From a virus (Duplodnaviria > Caudoviricetes): a stretch of DNA of 64,000 nucleotides. A program made the translations under genes and the position numbers. The stretch covers positions 5,055-69,054 of IMG/VR virus record IMGVR_UViG_3300050587_000151; one strand, given 5' to 3'. Each line of letters starts with the position of its first letter. Positions within the stretch are counted from its first letter, which is position 1. Shown here piece after piece: positions 1 to 9,074 of the stretch. Under the pieces are notes generated by a model. The model did no database searches and was not told where the DNA came from. It saw only the letters and a program-made list of their open reading frames with translations.

Positions 1-410
1 GGATATTTTTGGAATGATTGATCGCTTCATGATAAGTAGGGCAGCAAGCATCGCAAAAGAGCCGCTTGAGATGCGATACCCAATGGCCACGGTGCAGCGG
101 CACAAGACATTTTGAGCAACTGCTATCCGCAACCAAGGCCACGCATCTCAAGACAGGTCCGCTTGCCTTTCTACTCGACGTAATCGTATGTGTCGTCGCC
201 GCTTTCCGAGCTTTCGTCATACAAAATTATTAATGCGTTATCAATCGCATCGGAAAGACTGGGCGAGCACAGGGCATCAATTTCGATGCCGTCAATGACA
301 ACCGGCACTGTATACGGCGTGCTGCATGTGTCGAAGCAATCAAGCAGGGCTTCAAGTGCGTCGTTGAGTTTTTTCGTGTGATGGTACCTCCAAGGGCAAG
401 AATGTCTTGG

Positions 411-3400
411 CTACGCGGCAAGCAAGCCTTGCTGGTCATCTAGCCTAAGCAGCTTGCACGCACCCCAAGAGTCGGTTGAATACTTAATCTCCACACCAAG
501 AGCAAAGCCGTCAAGCTCGTCCCAAGGCTGGGTCATGATGGCCCGTAGACCGCGGGCAACGTCAAAGCGTCCTTCGTGCGGTCCCATTGCGACAAGCTCG
601 TCATGAACTTGAATAGCGAGCCGCCAAGGTGCCGGTAGCGCATAGGTTGCTTTGAGACCAAGCTCCGCGATCTCGTTAGCAAAGCGCTCCGGATACAACG
701 CAATCATCATGCGCAACACAACATCTGCAAGCGTGCTGGCCGGCAGGAAGGCAAGAGACTTTGTTGCGTAGTCTCTCGAATTATGAGAGTACATACCTTC
801 AACCATTAAAGTTTCGGTTGAGGTACCAATAGCGATTACTTCATTTTTGCCAACATGTCTAATGCTGGTTACTGTTGCTACCTCCCCATAACTTAAGTAG
901 TCGAACGCAGGCTTGTTTTCCCATAGCTGGGGGGCTTTTTGTAAAAAGCGTTCTGGACGCAGGCGCCCAATTATTTCTAATGCTGATCGGGGAGAGTTTG
1001 CATATAAACGAACCCCACGCACCTCTCTCGTTCCAACATGGCGTGGTTCTGTAGTTCGTAATCCTAACTCATTAGCTATATTGATAGCTTTATCCAAAAT
1101 AATACCGGGATTCTGACTAAACGCAACGATCCCTCGTTTCCAACGGGAATCCAAATGACCTTCACCATCTAGAATTCCAGCTAACCATACGGCATCTCGT
1201 GATGGTTCTGTTCTCCAAGGAGGAGCAAAATATATGATCTTGTCGCCCGGCCTCAGGTACTCTGTACTGATCCACCGATGCAAGAATTTGCCTCCACGTC
1301 CGCCTTTTACTTGTAATCGTGTAGCCCATCCGTGTCTTGCAGTAGCCCGTACAACACCTTTATCAGTTTCAAGTTCATATATATCCGTTTCGAACGGATT
1401 AACACACGTTACTATAGAGCGACGAAGCTTTGGATGGTCAAGATGCTCGTCAAATCCAATTAGTTCATCACCAATTTTAAGGTCGCCCATGGGTGTCCAA
1501 GTTAAGTCTGCTTTTAAAGCACGGGTCTCAGGAGGATTACATTGGAACCACCGACGCCTGCCAAATGGGTTGCAGAGATACCCTTGCCTTCGTACAAGCT
1601 CTACGACTTCGTCTTGCCACTGCGCGGTACGGGTGTTGCGTTTTGCCCAAATTTCAAACATTTCCCGTATATCGGCAACAGTGTAGTTGTAGCCTTCTTC
1701 GGCAAGGTACATGCGGGCAGTCTCGACGCCTAGGCCGTAGTTCTTGCCATGGTTGACAACCTTGCCCGGCGCTCGAAGGTGCTCTTCTACCCCGCCTTTC
1801 GACACAAGCTCAATTGGCTTGTTGAAGAACAAATGCGCCATGTCAGAGTGCTCATCGTAGCCGGGGGTACGCAGCCGCTCAAGTCGTTCGTGGTCTTGGG
1901 CAAGCCACGCGGTGAGCATGTTTTCGCCTTGCACGATATCGGCGCTAAGGATGCCCCATCCTGGGTGGTCTGGCACAAAGATTTTACGAATGACCTTGGG
2001 CTGGTTTTGGATGTTGGGATCTATGCCCCGACGCTTGCCGCTGCTTGACAGCCGGCCTTCTGACGTGCCGTGCACAAGCAGGTTGAAGTACACCCGCGAG
2101 GTTTCAAGCAGTCCCGGCTTTGCGAACGAGTTGCGCTGCGTAACAAGCTTCTTGAGCGTATCGACAAGCGTGAATTCGGTATGGTGACGGCCCCAGGATT
2201 TGCGGGCGCTCTTGTCTGCTGTGACACGCTTGGTTTTGTGGTTCAGTTTGTCTTCGCAGCCAATAGCTCGTGCGTAGGCAAGCACTTGTTGGGAGGAGTT
2301 CCAAGGCACAACGCGTTCGAAAGCTTGGATCTTAATACGCTTAAGCTTGGCCAGCTTTCCGGAGTGCAGCCATTCATTGCAAACAGGGCAATGTTCGTAG
2401 CCAGGTGTAGTGAAGGTTACCTCAACTGGGGCATGCAGCGTGCCCAGCTTTCTTTTGCCTTTGCACTTGCGGGTCTTGGGTTTGTACGTATCCGGCGGGG
2501 CTTCGACTTGCTTGATAACAGGCTCGTCATAAGGCGCAAGACCGTCCGGCAGCTTGACCTCCAGCTCCGCAATCTGCTTTTCCAAATCGACCCGGATGTC
2601 TTTGACTCGTGAGTTGTCGATGCGCAGTCCGATATCCGTGATGTCCCGGCAGATATAGGCAACTGGAACGCTAACCAATCGATATACTCGTTCCATGTCA
2701 TACTTTCGTAAGGTTGCCTGTAACGGGCCAGCACACTGAAAGCTGCCCTCAGTATCGCGGGCGTTGTAGAGACGATACGCTTCGTCTGCGGAAGCACAGC
2801 CTCCGTAGCCACCAAACTCTCGCGGCAACGCATCCGACCGATCCCAGGTACGCCATTGGGCACCGGCGGGCAACACATTCCCTTCGGCGTCCTCGGTCTC
2901 CTCGCCTTTGCCTTTCCAGAAAACCTTGCTGCTGAAGACGCTGGCAACGAAGCCCAAGTCATGCTTCATGTCCGGCTGTACAAGATGCTGAATGAGCATC
3001 GTGTCAACTAGCTCAGCATTGACACGCCAGCCAAGGCGTTCGAAGTGCCTGGTGTCCGCCCCTACGATGTTATGGCCGATAAGGATCTTGGCATTTTCGA
3101 AGATACGCCGTAATTCGTCAACAAACGGTGGCTCCCACGGTACGACAATCGCATGGTGGTAGCGATCGCACAGGCCACATAACGTGATCTGGCCCCACGC
3201 ATCCCACTCAAAGTCAAACGCAAAAGTTGTGGCATTGAATGCCCGCACGTCCGCAAGTGAGGGGTAGAGATTGTAATACTCAGGTGGGATGGTTGGTTGC
3301 CGCCGCAGGTCGCCAACCGCCACGCTGAACAGTCCCGCGTTGCGCATGAGGTAGGCAGGGTGCAAGGTCGGCACAACCTGTGGGCCGTCTGCCGTACGAT

Positions 3401-3959
3401 GTTTCAACGGCAGCGGCGACCCGCGCCAGATAAGAATGCCCTTGCGAGACGTGAGCGCTTCAAGCGCTTTGTCGCCCAACGCGACAATACGGCTCCACTT
3501 ACGGCCATCGACAGCGGGCATCAAATGGCATACCCGGCAATGCTCAACCGCCGCAAAGCCGTCTGCGCGAGTGCTGGTCTTGCTGGGCAGCTCCGCCAAC
3601 GCAGCCTCGTAGGCTGCGTAGTCTTTGCGCCTGCGCAGCTTTTCGGCTTCTTCGGTCCAAAAGGCTTGCACAGCCTCGGGCCAGTTTGGCTCGGTAGGAA
3701 AAACATTGGACGGTGGCCGACACCCAAGACAGTTTACAATGCTGATACTGCCCCGATTGATCTTCGCGGCCCGCAGCATGCTGTTGAGCCAAGTACCGGC
3801 ACCGCCGACAAATGGCTTGCTGGCTAACGCTTCTTCCTCGCCTGCGGCTTCGCCTACGAATAGCTGGGTGCCGTAACCTTGTGCAAGGGGCACATAACCA
3901 CAAGTTACGCCAGCTATCGGGCAATCTCCACAAAACTTCGGGCGCTGGCAATTACTCAT
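411..3959 (-). CDS. polA: DNA polymerase family A with N-terminal family-4 UDG-like domain, 3'-5' exonuclease and an intein
   Basis: UDG motifs FVGEAAGEEE, GGAG, NCLGCRPPSN, PTLHPAYL. Exonuclease motifs FDFEW, GHNIVGAD, YNARD. Pol motif A SADIVQGE, motif B KVVNHGKNYG, motif C IQVHDELV. Confidence 0.95.
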   Translation of the reverse strand: MSNCQRPKFCGDCPIAGVTCGYVPLAQGYGTQLFVGEAAGEEEALASKPFVGGAGTWLNSMLRAAKINRGSISIVNCLGCRPPSNVFPTEPNWPEAVQAFWTEEAEKLRRRKDYAAYEAALAELPSKTSTRADGFAAVEHCRVCHLMPAVDGRKWSRIVALGDKALEALTSRKGILIWRGSPLPLKHRTADGPQVVPTLHPAYLMRNAGLFSVAVGDLRRQPTIPPEYYNLYPSLADVRAFNATTFAFDFEWDAWGQITLCGLCDRYHHAIVVPWEPPFVDELRRIFENAKILIGHNIVGADTRHFERLGWRVNAELVDTMLIQHLVQPDMKHDLGFVASVFSSKVFWKGKGEETEDAEGNVLPAGAQWRTWDRSDALPREFGGYGGCASADEAYRLYNARDTEGSFQCAGPLQATLRKYDMERVYRLVSVPVAYICRDITDIGLRIDNSRVKDIRVDLEKQIAELEVKLPDGLAPYDEPVIKQVEAPPDTYKPKTRKCKGKRKLGTLHAPVEVTFTTPGYEHCPVCNEWLHSGKLAKLKRIKIQAFERVVPWNSSQQVLAYARAIGCEDKLNHKTKRVTADKSARKSWGRHHTEFTLVDTLKKLVTQRNSFAKPGLLETSRVYFNLLVHGTSEGRLSSSGKRRGIDPNIQNQPKVIRKIFVPDHPGWGILSADIVQGENMLTAWLAQDHERLERLRTPGYDEHSDMAHLFFNKPIELVSKGGVEEHLRAPGKVVNHGKNYGLGVETARMYLAEEGYNYTVADIREMFEIWAKRNTRTAQWQDEVVELVRRQGYLCNPFGRRRWFQCNPPETRALKADLTWTPMGDLKIGDELIGFDEHLDHPKLRRSIVTCVNPFETDIYELETDKGVVRATARHGWATRLQVKGGRGGKFLHRWISTEYLRPGDKIIYFAPPWRTEPSRDAVWLAGILDGEGHLDSRWKRGIVAFSQNPGIILDKAINIANELGLRTTEPRHVGTREVRGVRLYANSPRSALEIIGRLRPERFLQKAPQLWENKPAFDYLSYGEVATVTSIRHVGKNEVIAIGTSTETLMVEGMYSHNSRDYATKSLAFLPASTLADVVLRMMIALYPERFANEIAELGLKATYALPAPWRLAIQVHDELVAMGPHEGRFDVARGLRAIMTQPWDELDGFALGVEIKYSTDSWGACKLLRLDDQQGLLAA
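780..1541 (-). mobile_element. Intein (254 aa) with LAGLIDADG homing endonuclease, inside polA
   Basis: Begins CNPPET after GRRRWFQ, contains WLAGILDGEG, ends MYSHN followed by Ser(+1). The segment is visibly more AT-rich than its flanks. Confidence 0.93.
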
Positions 3960-4141
3960 TCGCTAGCAAGGGCCTCTGGCACTGCCTCCCACGGCTGCCG
4001 GTCGTAGCACAATACTGCATTCAGAAAACACGACTCATCACCAATGTCAACGCGGTTCTGGCCATGCTTGCCACATGCCGCACATACCCACACCTGGCCA
4101 GGCGGAGCGTTGTACTTTGTCTTCCAGGTTTTGTCTCTCAT
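3956..4141 (-). CDS. Small Cys-containing hypothetical protein
   Basis: 61 aa with WVCAACG; overlaps the polA start in ATGA-type coupling. Confidence 0.65.
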   Translation of the reverse strand: MRDKTWKTKYNAPPGQVWVCAACGKHGQNRVDIGDESCFLNAVLCYDRQPWEAVPEALASE

Positions 4142-4344
4142 TTGTCATCCTTGACCTTGTTGCTGCTGCTTGTTGCGCCATAAACCACAACTCCGCACAA
4201 CACAAGCACTGCGATACCTGCGATTACTGGTAGGAAATCCAAATTCGGGGTCCCTCTGCCATGTCGAAAAGACGGGCAGCCAAGTTGCCCTGGCTGCCCA
4301 ATAGTGCGGATATCAACTAACGTGCCCCAGCACTCGTTACTCAA
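4138..4344 (-). CDS. Small membrane protein
   Basis: One hydrophobic segment (LPVIAGIAVLVLCGVVVY); coupled to its neighbours. Confidence 0.6.
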   Translation of the reverse strand: MSNECWGTLVDIRTIGQPGQLGCPSFRHGRGTPNLDFLPVIAGIAVLVLCGVVVYGATSSSNKVKDDK

Positions 4345-4807
4345 TCACAGGCGCGGCCGACCACCAATCAACATCGTTATCGATGGTATTGGGGTCCCTG
4401 CGATCCGGGCGCTCGATTGCCTTAAGACGCAAGGTCGGCTGCTGCTCGCTCAAGGTTGCAAGCCATGCGTCAAGCGGCGTGCCCGGCTCCTGCGCAATAC
4501 CCGTCGCGTCCATCACGCGCCGAAGTTTCTTCAGTGCCGATGGCCCGCTAAACAACGTCGGGAAGATTCGCCGACCAGCAAATTCCGGATGGTCCGTAAC
4601 CGCAAGATTGAACTTCACAAAGCTGTCAGGCGTGCCAGCAGGCACCCCCTTCTGGTTGCCTTCCTTGTACGCGAAGTGCCGCAGCTCTGCCTTGAGAATC
4701 TTGAATGTGTAAAACTCACCGCCGGGAATCGGCCTAAAAGTCGGGTCGATCTCATTGAGATCAACATACTCAAAGCCAACCGACGATTCACTAGTAGCAG
4801 TGTTCAA
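4337..4807 (-). CDS. DUF669-like single-stranded DNA-binding protein
   Basis: YTFKILKAE...VKFNLAV...FAGRRIF pattern; GGAGG Shine-Dalgarno before a TTG start; adjacent to the Sak4-like ATPase. Confidence 0.7.
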   Translation of the reverse strand: MNTATSESSVGFEYVDLNEIDPTFRPIPGGEFYTFKILKAELRHFAYKEGNQKGVPAGTPDSFVKFNLAVTDHPEFAGRRIFPTLFSGPSALKKLRRVMDATGIAQEPGTPLDAWLATLSEQQPTLRLKAIERPDRRDPNTIDNDVDWWSAAPVIE

Positions 4808-4988
4808 TTATTGCCTCCAAAGAATTCGTGGCAAGTGGTCGTCACAAGCAACAGCCGGCCACGGGCGCCTGCTGCCTGTCGTCGCTATGAAAGAAGATCG
4901 TCATCGTGGTCTTGCCAAGCGATAAGCAGCCAACCACAGACGATGCAAAATGCAATTGCTAAAGCTAGGGTCATGATGTGTACCCTTC

Positions 4989-5837
4989 TTATGCTGCAAT
5001 AGGTGCAGCAGTCGTGAATCTTGGGACCCAGTACTTTTCCCAAATGACACTCATGTCAAGCGGCCCCTCTGCCGGAAAGCAATGCGTGCGGTCGCCAAGC
5101 ACCATCACACCGTCGCCTTCGGTGACTAGCACGCGGTCGTTGACCCGGCATGGCTTGTTGTCCTCGCCTCGCACAACTCGTGTTTTGACCTTGATGGTGC
5201 CGACGGTCTGGAACATCGCGGTTGCGGTGTCCGCCATCGCACCGGGCAGGTCGGGGTGAATCTTGATAATGTTGCCATTGTCGTCTGTGCGTTCCTTCAG
5301 CAACGCGGTGACGATGAGATGCTTGCATAGCTTTGGATCGGGATTACATGTCAACGCAATCAGGCTGTTGAGCAGCTTTCGCATCTCCTCGCCCATGGTT
5401 TGATAGTCATCACGAGCGGGCACACCAGCCTCGCGTCGTGGATCACGCATTTTCGACGGAAACTTAAGCGCATAAGGTTTAATAAAACGATTTACAACCT
5501 CGGTGGAAGAGTCAAGCACCACACCACCGTAGTTTTGGTCGCCTACAAGACTTGTGATGATTGCTCGCAGTTCGTTGAGGCTTTGGGGTATCACGACATC
5601 CACGCCAAACTCCTGAATGGACATCGTGCCCCCACCTTTGCCGGCCTCGCAAGCAACAAACAATGCAGGCTTGCCCAGTGTGTCCTTGCACAGTTTGTCG
5701 AGTGTTGCGCCAAAGGTCGTCTTGCCATACTTGCCAAGCGCGTAGACCAGCATACATATCCGCGTGTCGGGCGTGATGAGGCGGGATGTGTTGTGGATCG
5801 GTACCCCGCCAATTGACGTAACAGCCATAACTAGCAC
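4989..5837 (-). CDS. AAA_24 / Sak4-like ATPase (single-strand annealing recombinase)
   Basis: Walker A-like ALGKYGKTT, Walker B VVLDS, LIVTA; sits between an SSB-like gene and a nuclease. Confidence 0.8.
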   Translation of the reverse strand: MLVMAVTSIGGVPIHNTSRLITPDTRICMLVYALGKYGKTTFGATLDKLCKDTLGKPALFVACEAGKGGGTMSIQEFGVDVVIPQSLNELRAIITSLVGDQNYGGVVLDSSTEVVNRFIKPYALKFPSKMRDPRREAGVPARDDYQTMGEEMRKLLNSLIALTCNPDPKLCKHLIVTALLKERTDDNGNIIKIHPDLPGAMADTATAMFQTVGTIKVKTRVVRGEDNKPCRVNDRVLVTEGDGVMVLGDRTHCFPAEGPLDMSVIWEKYWVPRFTTAAPIAA

Positions 5838-5847
5838 TCCTTGTTTG

Positions 5848-6054
5848 CTAACGATTCAAATGCCAAGATTGTCTGCGAGCGTAAAGTTCATAAGGCGTTG
5901 GATGGCCAGCGGCCTTACATTCTGCTACACAAAACTCCTCAGCGCACTTGTAGCCGCGTTGGTAAGAATCCCAACACCTCTTATGCCAAGGCGGGTTACC
6001 GCTTCGAGACTGCCAGAAGAACAACCGATTGCTACAGCCACCACATCTAGGCAT
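5848..6054 (-). CDS. Small Cys-rich hypothetical protein
   Basis: 68 aa with CGGC; fills the gap between coupled genes. Confidence 0.5.
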   Translation of the reverse strand: MPRCGGCSNRLFFWQSRSGNPPWHKRCWDSYQRGYKCAEEFCVAECKAAGHPTPYELYARRQSWHLNR

Positions 6055-6391
6055 AGCGTGCCGAACGCTCTAGCTCAAAAGCAGCCTGACACTCGTCACA
6101 GCGGGTTTTATACCAGCCAGTACTACGCAAAATGCCAGGTGCTCCGCAGGTCTCACAAACTTGAAAAGACTCCGCTTCGGCTTGGTTGATTCGGTCGAAA
6201 ATCGCGTTTGAACCTCGTCCGACGTAGAAGCGCAAGCCGCCGAATTTTTCTTTGACTTGGGCGACTGTGCCATCCCAGCCAAGAGCTAGCAAATCGTCAA
6301 CAAGCTTTGCAATAATGGCATGCCAGCCTTTGCCTACCTGTGCTTGCAGGTCTTCAAGCGTTGTAGAGTTACCTGTGTATAGCCATTGCAT
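6047..6391 (-). CDS. Conserved phage hypothetical protein (QVKEKFGGLRFY family) with CxxC pairs
   Basis: Contains QVKEKFGGLRFY, CETCG and CDEC. Start moved to ATG 6391 because the longer ORF overlaps tRNA-Pro. Confidence 0.75.
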   Translation of the reverse strand: MQWLYTGNSTTLEDLQAQVGKGWHAIIAKLVDDLLALGWDGTVAQVKEKFGGLRFYVGRGSNAIFDRINQAEAESFQVCETCGAPGILRSTGWYKTRCDECQAAFELERSARYA

Positions 6392-6495
6392 GATGAGTTG
6401 TCCTGTGTGGGGCCAGGTGCCACTACGCAACCCCTGGCCCCGTGGCGGGCGCGGCTTGTAGGCCAATAGACCCAGTTGCCACTCGCCCCCGAAGG

Positions 6496-6569
6496 TCTGG
6501 ATGGGAGGATTCGAACCTCCGACCTCTCGCTCCCAAAGCGAGAGCACTACCGGGCTGTGCTACATCCAG
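6496..6569 (-). tRNA. tRNA-Pro(UGG)
   Basis: Acceptor CTGGATG/CATCCAG, D stem GCAC/GTGC, anticodon arm CTCGC-TTTGGGA-GCGAG, T arm GGAGG-TTCGAAT-CCTCC. Followed by ACCT, so CCA is incomplete. Confidence 0.95.
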
Positions 6570-6686
6570 TAAAGGGTGACTATTAACTTGTATTTTTGGG
6601 GATGTCTACAAGTATATCAAATCAAAGGCTTTAACACAAGCCAAGTAGGTGGTTTGTGTACAGTAACCATGTGCTACCACGCCCTG

Positions 6687-7715
6687 CTACGCAACCTCCA
6701 ACCCCACATACCGCGTTGCATCCCGATGCTCCATTGAGGCATCTTCGGTTGTTGGCAGGTCGTAGGTGTGGTTTCGAAAATATGCACACGGGCCGTACTG
6801 CGGGTGGACGCATGCCTCGCGGTTGGGTGGGCGGCGGTACATGCTCAGTCCTTGTGCCGCAAGATGGGCCATTTGCCATGCAACAGAAGTTATTTCGCCT
6901 AATGCTCGGCTGAGCCGTTCCTGCGAACGTATGACGCCTAGCCGGTAGAAAGCCGGCATTGGTTCTGCCTTTGGCTCGTAAGGCTTGAGAGTTTGTCGGT
7001 TGCCACACAAGGGGCACGCATGTTGCCCGTCACCTGTCGGCAGCCATGAAGCAAGCTCGACAGTCTCCTGACAGCCTTTGCATTTACGCTTCGGTACATA
7101 GGTGCGGGGCTTTTCGAGAACCTGGACAATCATGCCTGCTGGTGGTTCACCAAGTTTTGCCTGAAGCGCAAGCATCTGGAAGTCCGCTTGCATGTTTGAC
7201 TCCCATGCCATTGCGTAGTTGGCCCGGCTGATAGCTGCGGACTTGGTTTTATATTCGTGTATCCACCAGCCAGGAGCAAGGCTTAACGCCTCCCCCTCGA
7301 TACCGGTCTCAACTGCCGTTTGCTCCGGTACGTAGAAATACTTGTCAACCTTTGCAAGGCCAGTAAGGGGCGCCCTACCAAGCAGCGGAAACTTCAACGG
7401 CTCTTCGCAAAACACCATTTCCCATTGCTCAGCCGGGTAGCGGCGAGCGTATTCGATAACCATACCGGCTGCGAGTGCCAGTGTGTCAGGGGTTGGGTTG
7501 ATCTCATCAACGGTTGCCTGTGACACGTTGGGTAGCTGATTGCGAGTCCAATTCTCCAGCCCTGCGTGTACCAAGCTACCGATTGCCATGTTGTCATCTC
7601 TAGGTCGATCCTTTCGTCGTGGCGCAAGCTCATTGACGTAGGTCTCGTACCACAGCCACGGGCATCGAACAAATTTGAGGTACTGTGAATAGTCAATAAA
7701 TGAAGGTTGTGTCAT
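6687..7715 (-). CDS. PD-(D/E)XK nuclease (RecB/Cas4-like exonuclease) with zinc ribbon
   Basis: N-terminal DYSQY..F..CP, KVDKY, IHEYKT, KCKGC...ACPLC and C-terminal Cys residues. Confidence 0.85.
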   Translation of the reverse strand: MTQPSFIDYSQYLKFVRCPWLWYETYVNELAPRRKDRPRDDNMAIGSLVHAGLENWTRNQLPNVSQATVDEINPTPDTLALAAGMVIEYARRYPAEQWEMVFCEEPLKFPLLGRAPLTGLAKVDKYFYVPEQTAVETGIEGEALSLAPGWWIHEYKTKSAAISRANYAMAWESNMQADFQMLALQAKLGEPPAGMIVQVLEKPRTYVPKRKCKGCQETVELASWLPTGDGQHACPLCGNRQTLKPYEPKAEPMPAFYRLGVIRSQERLSRALGEITSVAWQMAHLAAQGLSMYRRPPNREACVHPQYGPCAYFRNHTYDLPTTEDASMEHRDATRYVGLEVA

Positions 7716-7915
7716 TAGTGCTCCATTACACACGCCGCGATAATTGATACGGCCACGGCGAAGGCACCACATGCACCTGCCAGCGGGTTAGCGCAAGTCA
7801 ACCATGTCAGCCCTACCACAATTGCGACTCCTGCGGTAATGACTGCTATTGCAGCAAGCGCACCTAGCGCTACCCTTACCCACGCCTCGGTGAAGTTCTT
7901 TATCCATCTATGCAT
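7715..7915 (-). CDS. Small two-TM membrane protein
   Basis: Two hydrophobic stretches; stop overlaps the next start (TAATG). Confidence 0.6.
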   Translation of the reverse strand: MHRWIKNFTEAWVRVALGALAAIAVITAGVAIVVGLTWLTCANPLAGACGAFAVAVSIIAACVMEH

Positions 7916-8460
7916 GGTGTTTCCTGTTCCACATAACCTGTTGCCTCGTCTGGCAACCGCCCGCCATGCCAAGCTAGTGCCCGTCGTTCCCACGACGGGT
8001 ATTCATACACTTCCCGGCTCTCGGGCAGCACAAAGACCGCTTCGCCTTGGCGCACATGGCTGTCCAGCCATGCAAGCTGCCTGCCGATCAGCTCACCCGC
8101 CGGCAAGTCAGTTTGCCATACAAAGGACTTTTCCGCACAAAGGTCAGACGCGGGCCGAGCAACTAGTGCCTCGGCCGCCGCTGCATCATCTTGTAATGCT
8201 GGCCGGCCGGGCACCGGCGCCCGCCGCCTTGCCAGCTCGACCGCTTTGCAATTCGGGCACACAAGCGTCCATGCGCCGCTGCCTACATGGGCCAGCACAT
8301 GCAGGTAGTGCTTTTCCCGCCGCTGGCCTGTGTGGCTTTGCCAGTCATTGCCCTCGACCCGCATGACCTGCAACGCACCAGGCCACTCCGACCAGCCACA
8401 CTTGGCGCACTTGTTGCCCAGCGCTGCGAGTACTCGGTGGCGAAGCTCAGTTGCTGACAC
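7900..8460 (-). CDS. HNH-like zinc-binding protein (catalytic His apparently degenerate)
   Basis: LGNKCAKCG...LQVMRV...LVCPNC resembles the HNH scaffold, but the usual DH dyad is absent. Confidence 0.55.
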   Translation of the reverse strand: MSATELRHRVLAALGNKCAKCGWSEWPGALQVMRVEGNDWQSHTGQRREKHYLHVLAHVGSGAWTLVCPNCKAVELARRRAPVPGRPALQDDAAAAEALVARPASDLCAEKSFVWQTDLPAGELIGRQLAWLDSHVRQGEAVFVLPESREVYEYPSWERRALAWHGGRLPDEATGYVEQETPCIDG

Positions 8461-8580
8461 GTTAGGTGTCGCTCCTCATTCGCAAGGCATGTTGTGGTCC
8501 GAAAGATGAGTACAAATTGTGGACAAGGACAGGCAAGGCGCTGGCTGTTGCATTTTGCAACACGCGTCCCGCTGCCAATT

Positions 8581-8741
8581 AAATAATTTCCTTCTATATA
8601 TCTTCTTGATATATAAGAAGATATACAAGATAGAAAAATAAATAATTATTTCATGTCGGGTGTACAGTAATGCAGCGAGTGTACAGTAAGGGTGCCTGTA
8701 CAGTAATGCATTGGAAGCATAGAGAATAATTATTTATTTTC
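8581..8741. repeat. AT-rich inverted-repeat/iteron cassette, copy 1
   Basis: Hairpin TATATCTTCTT/AAGAAGATATA (8597-8625). A 16-bp inverted repeat (8635-8650 / 8725-8740) encloses three TGTACAGTAA copies (8661, 8680, 8697). Confidence 0.85.
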
Positions 8742-8900
8742 TGAGGGGAGGCCGGCACAATAGCAAGGCCCAGTATCCTCGCCAAGCGGCCACCCACACC
8801 AGGGGCACTTTGGCTTCGCGGCGCACCGCCAACAAACCCCAATTTCTCGCTCGTCGTCGAAGTCAAGGGTGCCGGCGCAGAAATCACAGTAGACGTACAT
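8730..8900 (-). CDS. Small zinc-finger protein
   Basis: 56 aa with CDFC, CWRC, CPWC, CYC; GGAG Shine-Dalgarno before ATG 8900. Confidence 0.65.
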   Translation of the reverse strand: MYVYCDFCAGTLDFDDEREIGVCWRCAAKPKCPWCGWPLGEDTGPCYCAGLPSENK

Positions 8901-8915
8901 GACTAGCTCCCAACT

Positions 8916-8990
8916 TGGCAGGGCACCCAGGATTCGAACCAGGATCGCCGACTTTGGAGACCGGCATTCTGCCAATTAAAATAGTGCCCC
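8916..8990 (-). tRNA. tRNA-Trp(CCA)
   Basis: Acceptor GGGGCAC/GTGCCCT, loop CTCCAAA, TTCGAAT T loop, encoded G-CCA end; one T.T mismatch in the T stem. Confidence 0.9.
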
Positions 8991-8993
8991 GTG

Positions 8994-9072
8994 TGGTGGG
9001 GTAGGCGGGATTCGAACCCACGAATCTCCGGGTTGAAGGCCCGGCGGCTTGAGCCAGCTTGCCCACTACCCC
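8994..9072 (-). tRNA. tRNA-Glu(UUC) with atypical C33
   Basis: Acceptor GGGGTAG/CTACCCC, anticodon arm CCGGG-CCTTCAA-CCCGG, TTCGAAT, encoded CCA. Confidence 0.85.
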
Positions 9073-9074
9073 AC

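Noticed and set aside
6047-6547. Full 166-aa ORF as listed in the track
   Set aside because: Its first ~50 codons run through and just past tRNA-Pro; the gene was trimmed to ATG 6391.
8661-8706. TGTACAGTAA repeats as a mini-CRISPR array
   Set aside because: The repeats are 10 bp with 7-9 bp spacers, far below CRISPR dimensions, and there is no cas operon. The PD-(D/E)XK nuclease fits the recombination module.
8994-9072. Reading the tRNA as an opal (UCA) suppressor
   Set aside because: The 5-bp CCGGG/CCCGG stem fixes a 7-nt loop with TTC central. Shifting the register to TCA destroys the stem.
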